A stretch of 20,000 nucleotides of DNA, from assembly GCA_010093605.1 (NCBI GenBank), contig MU004204.1, positions 312,367 through 332,366 on the forward strand, in the 5' to 3' direction. Made by a program: the position numbers and the translations under genes. Positions 10,793 to 20,000 of the stretch are shown here, piece by piece. This DNA is from Lophium mytilinum (Eukaryota). The notes beneath the pieces were generated by a model. That model searched no databases. It was not told the DNA's origin and worked only from the letters and a program-made list of their open reading frames with translations. Position 1 is the first letter of the stretch. Each line of letters begins with the position of its first letter.

Positions 10793-12670
10793 GGTAGTTT
10801 TGGACAACAGGGGAGCTTCTGCAGGAGGAAGATCTAGACATGGGAAGAGGGTAGAGAGAATCTTTTATAACTTCACGGGAGTAACTGGGGCAAAACATCA
10901 TGGTTGCTACTGTAAAGAGAAGGTAGCAAAGCAGTCGCGAGATTGTTGTGTTACATTGCAAAGAGCGGCGACCAACGACGTCCGACCGTCTTGGGAGACA
11001 GGCTTTGGGAAGCCAAACGTCTTTACAAGGATTGATAGAGAAAGCAATCGAGGCGCCCAAGGCTTGGCATATATTGGCACATTGTCGATCTTCTTGGGTC
11101 TTGGCGCAGGAAGCTCCCCAGAATAACGCATGGTGCAGGGCTAAGGCCGGATCAAAGCGCGAACTGTGCCGCCGGTGATAAGACGCTATTCACTGCCAAG
11201 GCGCACTGCAACCGAGTTCACGGCGGAGGGTGGCCAGATGCTCAGCAGCGCAATCGAGTTTCCTGAACGAGGGTCGACGACGAGCAGGGCGACCGGCAAG
11301 GTGCCCGCGAATGGCGCCAGCCACCCGGATGCATCGTGCCGCCAGGGTGGCCGTTTACCAAGAGTACGGGGGCGGAAAATCTTGGCGCTTCTTGGCTTAT
11401 CTTCACGGGTTCTACAGTAGAATATATCTCTATGCCCGAGACGCTGTCACTGATATCGCTCCGCTTTGGGCACTCTCCGGGATTTGCTGGTTGGTGGAGG
11501 CGGGGATGCGCATGCTTCAAATATTCTAGAACAGTGCCAGGAGGCCGGGTCGGAGGCCTTCCAGAATGTCTAATATCTTTGCAGGCCCTGTGTGGATGGA
11601 AGCATGGGATTTCAACAAGGCAGGCACGGGACATTTACGAGGCCGTAAGCGTTACCATGTCATACTGGAATAGGAAAATGCGCGACAGGCGAAAGAAAGC
11701 ACGCGATGATACAAGAAAATACAAGGGATGTGAGCATATAGAACTCCAGACAGCGATGAACAGAATAGTGAGAGATGAGGAAGGAAAGTACGGTGTACAG
11801 GTCGGTGCAAGCCCGTGAGAGCAGACGAGAGTAACGGCAACAGGCTTGATAGCGCCCTATATTATCAATGCTCTATACAATTGAATGAGGGTTGCCATGG
11901 AAGACGAAAACACATCCCTTTGGAGTGATGTGCGAAGGGTGGGCCCACTCGAAGAATCGGGTACTCCGTCTTACTCACGTGACAACCGTCCCACCAGGGC
12001 TCCTCTCCCGGAGCCCCGAGCTCTTTTGCGCTAATTGGTATTCTGAACCATGCAGAATGCGGAAGGTGGAAATACGCCAGAACACAGCCAGAAGACGCAA
12101 GGCCTTGGCATTTCGAAGTTGAATTGCGATCATGTCACTTTTGAGCAGCCTGCTTTCTCCGCGCTGCTTTGCCATCACTTCACACTTCCGCTCTGGCAGA
12201 GAACGCTACACCAGCTCACTACTGCCTACAGCGACCCACACATCATCTTACTGATGCGACAGCATAGATCTAACGCTCTCAAGGTGTATCCGGAACTCAC
12301 TCCCGTCTGTAATAGTTCAACCATGTCGTATGTTAACCCGCAAAAATAGCCTTTCACGTAGAGCAAGTTTAGCAAGCCTCCATAACCGACTTGTAGTATC
12401 TTCGTGAGTACTACAGTGTGGCAACTTAGACGGAAGAAGACGGGCTTTGGTGACGGGAGGCCTGAGCGGGAGGCCTTAAGAGCATTCTCACTTCTTATAG
12501 GTTACACAGGGGTGGCTGTTTCGAGTTAGATGCACGTTGGGGGCGTTATTATAGGGCTAGCCAAGCTTAAGCTTGATCCATCTGCGACCATCAATCACAA
12601 CAACACTGCTATAAAGCCTTGCACTCGCCACGTTAAGCATTTCGCAGCCTTTACGCTTCTTCTCGAGACA

Positions 12671-12716
12671 CATGCTGCACCGTCTAATTGAACCATGCTG
12701 CACCGTCTAATAGAAC
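12671..12716. repeat. 23-bp tandem duplication (2 copies, 1 mismatch)
   Basis: catgctgcaccgtctaattgaac / catgctgcaccgtctaatagaac. Confidence 0.9.
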
Positions 12717-12751
12717 CCATACTACGTCAATAAGACAAAGGTTCGTCGACT

Positions 12752-13725
12752 ATGGACAATAGGCCAGGTGAAGGTTCGGAGAGAAGCGCTGAGACGTGGC
12801 GGAGGTTTCGAGACTCTTTCTATAGGACTAAGAATCCCTTTAACAAAACTTCATTCTAGAGATCCGATTACGATCCGTATGGATTCATCGACAATTCTCT
12901 CGCAAACCTATGCCTTCGCAGTCCGTGCAGACTTTCTTATAGGGAACAATAATTTGTTGGGTGTAAAACAGCGTGCATTCCTTAGTAAAGGTCCCTATAA
13001 TACACACATTAATTTATATAAGGACTATTAGAATCCTATCTAGAGAACTTAATTTTTTTACTATATCTTAATACCGCCTAACTTAATAATTAGTAAGGCT
13101 ATTAATACTATTATAGAGGCTATATACTAACTTTTTCTAGTATTATAGTACCTTTAAAAGCCTTTAATATCTATATTTCTATATAGTTAATATATAGTAA
13201 AGTCTACTATATCTTCTTTAATTAGAAGGCCTCTACCTCTACTATTAGTACTCTAGATAAGGCTATTTCTAATTCTCTAGATATATTAATACTAGCTTCT
13301 AGAAAGGTACTAAAGGCTTTAAAGGCTATAGTAGCGCCTATAAAGGCGCCTATATCTATAAAGGCGCCTATACCTATAAAGGCTTCTATAAAAGTATAGG
13401 CATATATAATAAAGTAGGCCGCCTAATATAAAGAAAAGGCGTACTTAATAGAAGAGAAAAACCTATTATAGAATAAAGTAGAGGCTTAAGTTACTAAATA
13501 TCTATTAGCTACTACTATATATAAGGCTATAGATAAGAAGCCTAAAGCTATAAAAGGCTCTATAAAAGGTAGTAGCGCCCTTTTAAATACTATAGTAGCT
13601 TCTACTAACTATAGAAAAGGCTCTACTACTAGTTATAAAAGGGGCTCTACTACTACTAAGTTAGTAGCTAAGCGCCTAGTAGCTCTTAAGAAAAGGCGCC
13701 CTAATATTACTATTAATTTATCCTA
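12752..13725 (+). pseudogene. RIP-inactivated ORF of unknown product, beginning at the edge of the AT-rich block
   Basis: Frame from ATG 12752 reads MDNRPGEGSERSAETWRRFRDSFYRTKNPFNKTSF*RSDYDPYGFIDNSLANLCLRSPC..., and the stops I read are TAG/TAA. The same frame continues through a peptide repeat KAIVAPIKAPISIKAPIPIKASIK at ~13322-13393. Confidence 0.5.
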
Positions 13726-13873
13726 GGGCTAGAGTATTAGTAGTACTTTATATAACTAGCACCCTAGTTTACTTAAGGCTAGATATATATATATTAAGAC
13801 TCTAAATAAGTATAAGTATTAAAATATAGAGAATAGAATAGACTCTAATCTATTAAGAAATAGTAATAGTAAA

Positions 13874-15300
13874 ATACCGCCTAGCTAAAAGCTATAAGAT
13901 AGGTACTATAAGCGTTACGCTAATAAAATTATAGTAGATATAGAGAAAGTAGATAAGAAAGAAAAAAAGAAAAAGAAGAATAATCTACTAATATTATCTA
14001 AGCTAGGTAAGAAGATAAATAAGAAGCTTAAGCGCTTTATAGAATAGTTTATAGTAAAGTATCTTAATAGAACTAGTAGGCGCCTCTCTATAAACTAGAT
14101 AAATAAGATTAAGGTAAAGGCGTATATAAAGAAAAGGAGGTAGTTATTTACTAAGATAGACTTAACTATATCTAATATTAAGATAATATTTATGCCTATA
14201 AAGTAGCTTATTAATAACTTTATTATACTTATATTATTTAAGTTATTTATAAATAGTAAGACTATTAGCTAAACTATATAGCTAAATAGTATATATATTT
14301 AGCTTAATAGTAGGGTTATTAAAAAGAAGCTTAAGAAGATAGTAGAGAGAGCTATTTAAAAGGGTAACTATAATACTATTTATAGAGTTATTAAGTATAT
14401 AGCTAGCATTAGAATATTTACTAGAAGAGAAGAAATGCGCTATTATAACCTAGAGGACTTCTTAATAATAGAGTTTACCTAAGTATATACGCTAATAGAT
14501 ATAATATAGAGGAACTATCCGCGCTTAATAATTATAGTTATTTTTAAGTATAAGGTCTTATATAATACCTAGGCGCCGCCAGCTAAGAGAAAGAGATTTA
14601 AGTAGCTTAATAGCTTATTACCTGCGTCTATATTAGGTAAGAGGTACTATACTAGTAAGCTATTAAAATAGTAGTATATCTAACTAGGTTACTTTACTAA
14701 TAGAGAAGATCTTAAGCTTAAGATTATAAAGAACTAGATATATATAGGTAGTAATTACTTAAATAAGAATAATAGTTACTTTATTAATAAGGGTAAGTAG
14801 TACTATATTCTTCTTCTAAAGCACTATAAAATATAAGTAAATACTATACTTAGTAATAATACTATAATTTATACTTCTTTTATAAAGCTACTCTAAGAGC
14901 TAATAGAAAATAGGCTAATTAATAAGTAATACTAGAGGCCCGTAAGAACTATATAGGTATAGTTAGTATAGTAGATAGTATAAAATACCTAGAATACTAT
15001 AGCTAGCTTTATAAATATATAGATAAAGATAATATAGATAAAGATAGCTATATTAATATCTAAGATAGACTTTAACTAGCCTCTATAGTAGCTATAGTAG
15101 GCTTTTTTTCTATTCTATTCTTAGCTACTACTATACTAGGGGGCTTCTACGCCGCTAAACCCCTATACTATAGCTAGATATACTTCTTCTCTATCTACTT
15201 CTACTCTATAGCCTATTTCTACTCTATAGCCCTTTATAGCGCCTCTTTCTTATACGCCTATTATTTAACCTAGAAGCTTAAGCCCTATATTAGAAAAATC
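13874..15300 (+). pseudogene. RIP-inactivated ORF relic of unknown product: acidic N-terminus, inferred Cys/His motif, Q/P-rich C-terminus
   Basis: A single frame from ATA(ATG?)-CCG-CCT at 13874 runs through an AAR/GAR-rich tract (13940-13985) to codons at 14735-14836 that back-mutate to W-x-C-x4-C-x6-C-x7-H-x2-L-x7-W. Boundaries are approximate. Confidence 0.4.
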
Positions 15301-16340
15301 TAAAACTATAAAAGTTAGAGCTATTAGTACTTAGTAGTAAACAGCGTAAACTTTTAGTAAACTATATAAATTATATAATATCTATATAAACTACTAGCGC
15401 AGGTAATATTACTATATAAACTAGTAGTAGTTTACCTATATACTATATAGCCTAATAATACTTAATTATTATCTATTATTTTAAACTATTAATAATTTAG
15501 TTCTATAGTATCTTTTACCTAATTAGCCTTAGTAGTACTAAAGCTAATATATATATACCCTATATATAATACTACCTATATTCTACTATAAAATAATTCT
15601 ATTTACTACTCTTTCCTCTCTATAGTAGTGCAAGGCGGAGGTAGAAGTAAGTAGAAATAGTAAGTACTTAGGCTAGAATATCTAATCTTTATTCTATAAA
15701 TAGTTAGTATAGTAAAGTTAGGGCTATAGTAGTTAAAAAGTAGATTTAATAGATATATAGAGAATAGGTAGAAAAGATATAATCTATTTATTCTATAATT
15801 TAGTGCTAGGTCTAGCTTATAAATTATAATTAGAATGCTTAATATATTCTTAGGTAGACTTTTACTATATTACTACTAAGACCTATTATTTAAGAGTTAG
15901 GCTGTAGTATATAACTATCTATAAATAATAAAAAGTATATAACTATTCTACTACTAATATAAGCTCTAGTAGTAGTTTCTTATATTTATATTATAGAATA
16001 GCCTCTAGTATTATAGCTATAACGCTACTGCCTCTATAGCTTCTTCTTTCTATTTACTTCTTCTATATTTCTTATTTCCCTCTATATTAGTATACTTTAC
16101 TTCTTCTATCTATATTTTAGGTTACTACTTCTCTATTTATAGTCTCTTCTATTATACTTCTAACCTTAGAAGTTAGAATACTATTATTTTATAACCTAGC
16201 CTATAGTATACTTATATACTAGAAGATAATAAAAATATATACTCTCTATCTAGTAGGGTAGTTATAGAACCTAAAATATACTTAAAGAAATAGGCTAGAG
16301 TCTCTTTTAAAATATAAGAATATAGAGAGTATACTATAAT

Positions 16341-16380
16341 AATTATAGATAATCTTATATAATTCTAGATAATCTTATAT
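16341..16380. repeat. 20-bp tandem duplication (2 copies)
   Basis: aattatagataatcttatat / aattctagataatcttatat. Confidence 0.75.
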
Positions 16381-16711
16381 AGTACTATAAGAAGAGTTAG
16401 AGATATTAGAGTAGAGATAGCTTTATTTTCCCTCTTTCTACCGCGTTATTATATAGTAGATAGTTATCTATTACTAGTATATATAAGGGCTAGGTTATCC
16501 CTATAATACTAGATTAAAGTATATCTAGCGCTAGTAATAGAGTATATATTCTATTTACCCGCTTATTTTCTAAGAAAAGTAGGGCTAGAGAAGTAGTAGT
16601 TAGGGTAGAGTTAAAAGCTAGTAGAAAATATAAATATATAGTTATATATAGTAGTTAGAAAGATTAAGAGCTATATATATAAAAGATTATACTAGAACTA
16701 AGGCGCTATTA

Positions 16712-16855
16712 TATAGAGTAGAGTAGAAGGAATAGAAAAACTTAGTAGAAAAAAAATTCTATAAAGTAGAGTAGAAGAAATAGAGAAACCTAGTAGATAA
16801 AAAAGCTTATAGAGTAAAGTAGAAGAAATAAAGAAGCTTAGTAAATAATATAAGC
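16712..16855. repeat. 48-bp tandem repeat, 3 degenerate copies
   Basis: Units start at 16712, 16760 and 16808 (tatagagtagagtagaaggaatagaaaaacttagtag...). Differences are mostly G/A or C/T transitions. Confidence 0.85.
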
Positions 16856-18190
16856 TAGTAATACTAGAGTATATTACCTTTATCTAATATAGCTCTATAG
16901 AACTATACTAGTTTAACTACTAACCTAGATATTAGTATACTATTAGCTTTCTATTATAGTAGATACTATTAGTAAGCTATACCTATATACTATCTCTTAT
17001 TCTCTATATTCTAGCTTTTTAAATAAGTTTCTACTAGCTTTAGCTTCTACTATAATTTATTAGTATATGTAATTTTAATATCTACTATATTTTAAATAGT
17101 TAGCCTTAAGTTAATCTCTACTATAACTCTTCTACCTTTTTAACTCTTACTACTTTCTACTACTCTATAGTATAGAGAAAGAAATGCAGGGTAGGCTTTT
17201 ATATCTATAGAATAGAGAAGAATAGTCCTATTATATATATAGGTAGGCGCTAGAAATTTAAGGCTTAGGTGTATATCTTTTAACTAATAGTTACTATATA
17301 CTTTTCTCTTAAGTATACTATTAAAATCTTATATAAGTATATCTTTATAGTAGTATACTATTATTACTAATAGTTATTCTTAATTAGCCTTAGGTTTAAT
17401 CCCTTATATTATAGCTTAACGCGCTAGGTATTATAACTATAGAATATCTCTAAATAGGTATTATAAGACTAGTAGTATTTTTAAGTATATATAGTTTAGG
17501 GGGTTTATATTAAAAGTAGATAGATAAGTAGTTTTTAAGTTAGAGCTTAGAGTAAGAATAGGCTTTAAGATATAAGGTATATATATATACTACGCATCTA
17601 TTAAAAGTTAACTTAATAGTAGTATAAAAATATAGAAGGTATATAGAGAGTATATATAGATAGACTTATATAGTTCTATTTAAGGCTGCTTTCTACCTAT
17701 ATATATACTAGAAAATTAGTAATTTCTTAAGAAGGTACTTACTATACTAAGTATATACGCCTTCTATATCTACTTTTAAATATCTCTTAGATAATATTAG
17801 AGGAGTAGAAAATAGTAGAGTTAGTATTCTTTTCTTTATTTCTTACTATATAAGTATATATAATTTCTAAGGCCTTCTTAATACTAGTCTAAGCTATAAT
17901 TAGGCCTATTTTAGCCTTATATAAGGCTGCCTCCACCGCCTTTAAGCTATCTAGGTCTTCTATAGATAATACCTCCTCTATAGTATTTTCTTTATTCTAG
18001 TTAACTTTCTTTATCTAGTTCTTTCTATTATTAAAGTAGTATATATTTAATTTATCTTTATCTTCTATAAGGTTTATAGGCTCTAGTTTATTAGATAGCG
18101 CTTTATATTTATTCTTTAAGGTTACACCTTAAGTCTCTTATTCTAATACTACTATTTCTAAGTTCTTCTCTCTAGCCTTAGCTATTACTA

Positions 18191-18352
18191 AGGTCTCTAG
18201 TAATAATAGCGCCTTTTATATACTTCTAGTCTTCTAGTATATTAAGATCTATAGCTTATCTATAAAGATATAGGTCTCTAGTAATAATAGCGCCGCTTAT
18301 ATACTTCTAGTCTTCTAGAATATTAAAATCTATAGCTTAACTATAAGAATAT
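18191..18352. repeat. 81-bp tandem repeat, 2 copies
   Basis: aggtctctagtaataatagcgcc...tatatacttctagtcttctag...tctatagctta occurs at 18191 and 18272. Confidence 0.88.
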
Positions 18353-20000
18353 ACTTAGTATAAATTTAGACTTCTAGTTAGAGATTATAGTTATTTTTTT
18401 CCTCTTTTTCCCTATATATAGCTATATAGTAGCTAATAGCCTTACCTAAAGTAGTATAATTTAAGTAGAATAATATTAGGTTTATAAGGCTAACTTTAAA
18501 TATAGAACTATCTTTAGAGTTAATAAAGTAGGTATATATTAGTAAGAGAACTAAATATAGATTAGTAAATATATAATCTTCTTATATATAGTAGTAGTAT
18601 ATATTTTAGATCTTAGTAGTAGTAGAAGGTCTTTTTAATATCTATATTAATAATTATAGATTAGAATATACTTAGTAGAATAGGTATTAAAGTGTAGCTT
18701 ATATATATAATTAGTACTATACTACTAGTAATATTAAGTATATTTATAAATATATTAACTTAAAGTCTATAGCCTTTATATAGCTATACTACTATACCTT
18801 CTTTATCTCTAGAGTATTTAAAGCTACTCTTATCTAGAACTATAGGTACTATAAGCTTCTTATACTAGTAAATAGTTAGTAGATATAGATAGAAAAGTAG
18901 TAGATAGACTTATATAGGCCTAATTCTTAATAAAGAAGCTCTTAGAGCCCTCTTTATAGGCTTTCTTTACTACCTCTAGTATAGTTTTTATCTCTAGCTT
19001 ATTAGACTAGCCGCCCTTTATATTACCTAATTCTTAACTTAGAACTAGGTATAGTAAATACTTATATATAGACTAGATAAGTATATTATATTTAATTTTA
19101 AAGTTAGTAATATCTTTTTAAGAGTGCTAGAAAAATATAGTAGCTTTCTCTAGATTATCTCTACTATATATAGTATATAGCGCTTTAAAGTAGTCTATAT
19201 AGCTATTAATATAGATAGTAATAGTAAGGTCTACTAGTCTATTCTAGTAGACTACTATCTACTCTATTATAGTAGCGGAATTATAGTAACTTAAGCTATT
19301 AAGCTATTAGTAATATAGTAAGAAAGAGTATAGTAAGGCTTATATATAAGAGTAAGGTTAGAGTTAGATTTTACTTACTAGCCTACTTAGTTATTAGTAG
19401 AGAAGGTAAAGGTCTTTACTAGCTATAATATAATACGCGCCTACTAGGTAAAGTAGGTTTATAGCCTTAGCTTAGGTAATAGATAATACTATATAGCCTA
19501 AAAAGTTAAATAGTTAAAATAAACTTTATACTATTATAAAAGGGTAATAATCTCTAATTATAATTAATTATATTAAGTATTAAAGGTAATAGAATAGAAG
19601 CTGCGGGCAATACTAGGCTCTATAAAGGGCGGTTTTCTAGTATTAGAGCCTAAAGGTAAAGAATAATATATACTACTTTAGAATTAGAGAAAGAATTTAG
19701 GTCTATTAAATAGGGTAGTAGGTCTACTAATAGAATACCTCTTAATATTATTAGAAATGTAGCCCCTAATATTAGCTACCCTAGGTATTACTTTAAATAG
19801 TTTATAGAGTATAAATCTTAACTAGTATAACTAACTTATATATACCTGCGCGGTATTTAAATAAGTAGTAGCTCTACTTAATAAGAAGGGGTATAATAGA
19901 ATTAAAATAGGTAAAATAATATAAGTAGCGGGCTAACTCTAATTATAAAAGGGAGATATATATAATCTCTAATTATAATTAATAATCTATAAAAGAGAAG

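Larger units (their letters stand above)
12950..20000. repeat. RIP-degenerated AT-rich block (relic of a repeated or mobile sequence), extending past the window end
   Basis: Abrupt drop in GC, near absence of CA/TG, large excess of TA/TAG/CTA, surviving CG/GC islands (gcgcc, ccgc), and no ORFs in the six-frame track. This is the signature of fungal repeat-induced point mutation. Confidence 0.93.

Noticed and set aside
11030..11185. GATA motifs (TGATAG, TGATAA) upstream of ptr2 as AreA sites
   Set aside because: Biologically plausible, but the motifs are too short and sparse to support from sequence alone.
10800..12350. Many overlapping 60-160 aa ORFs upstream of ptr2
   Set aside because: No recognisable motifs or coherent exon structure; expected by chance in GC-balanced intergenic or promoter DNA.
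12562..12575. Perfect 14-bp palindrome caagcttaagcttg, with nearby cgggaggcct x2 (~12454-12476)
   Set aside because: Short and plausible by chance in 20 kb. I found no partner terminal repeat or TSD to call an element end.
12768..13031. 87-aa ORF from the ORF track at the RIP edge
   Set aside because: GTG start. The alternative frame from ATG 12752 looks more gene-like and stays in frame with the downstream peptide repeat.
16712..16855. Possible CRISPR-like or telomeric array
   Set aside because: Eukaryotic context, contiguous units with no unique spacers, and no TTAGGG array.
12950..20000. AT-rich block as a mitochondrial insertion (NUMT), contamination or centromere
   Set aside because: The specific CpA/TpG loss with TpA gain and surviving CpG/GpC points to RIP, and no mitochondrial genes are visible. 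Centromeric status cannot be judged from this window.

Overview
Filamentous ascomycete (Pezizomycotina-like) genomic DNA. Evidence: short GT-AG introns with CTRAY branch points and a textbook RIP-mutated block. Bases 1-~12,700 are gene-bearing and hold five genes: an aldo-keto reductase (+), a head-to-head pair of intronless paralogous SET-domain genes (-/+), a secreted dipeptidyl peptidase V (S9 family, +), and a convergent PTR2/POT di/tripeptide transporter (-). The peptidase gene is otherwise intact but carries one in-frame TAG where the family has a conserved Trp. From ~12,950 to the end the sequence is extremely AT/TpA-rich and CpA/TpG-depleted (repeat-induced point mutation). It appears to hold several different degenerated ORFs on both strands, with codon-length tandem repeats, and I could not recognise a transposase or RT. 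Top leads: the divergent SET pair, the UAG-for-UGG site in dpp5 (A-to-I editing, RIP leakage or sequencing error), and the identity of the RIP-erased multigene element.
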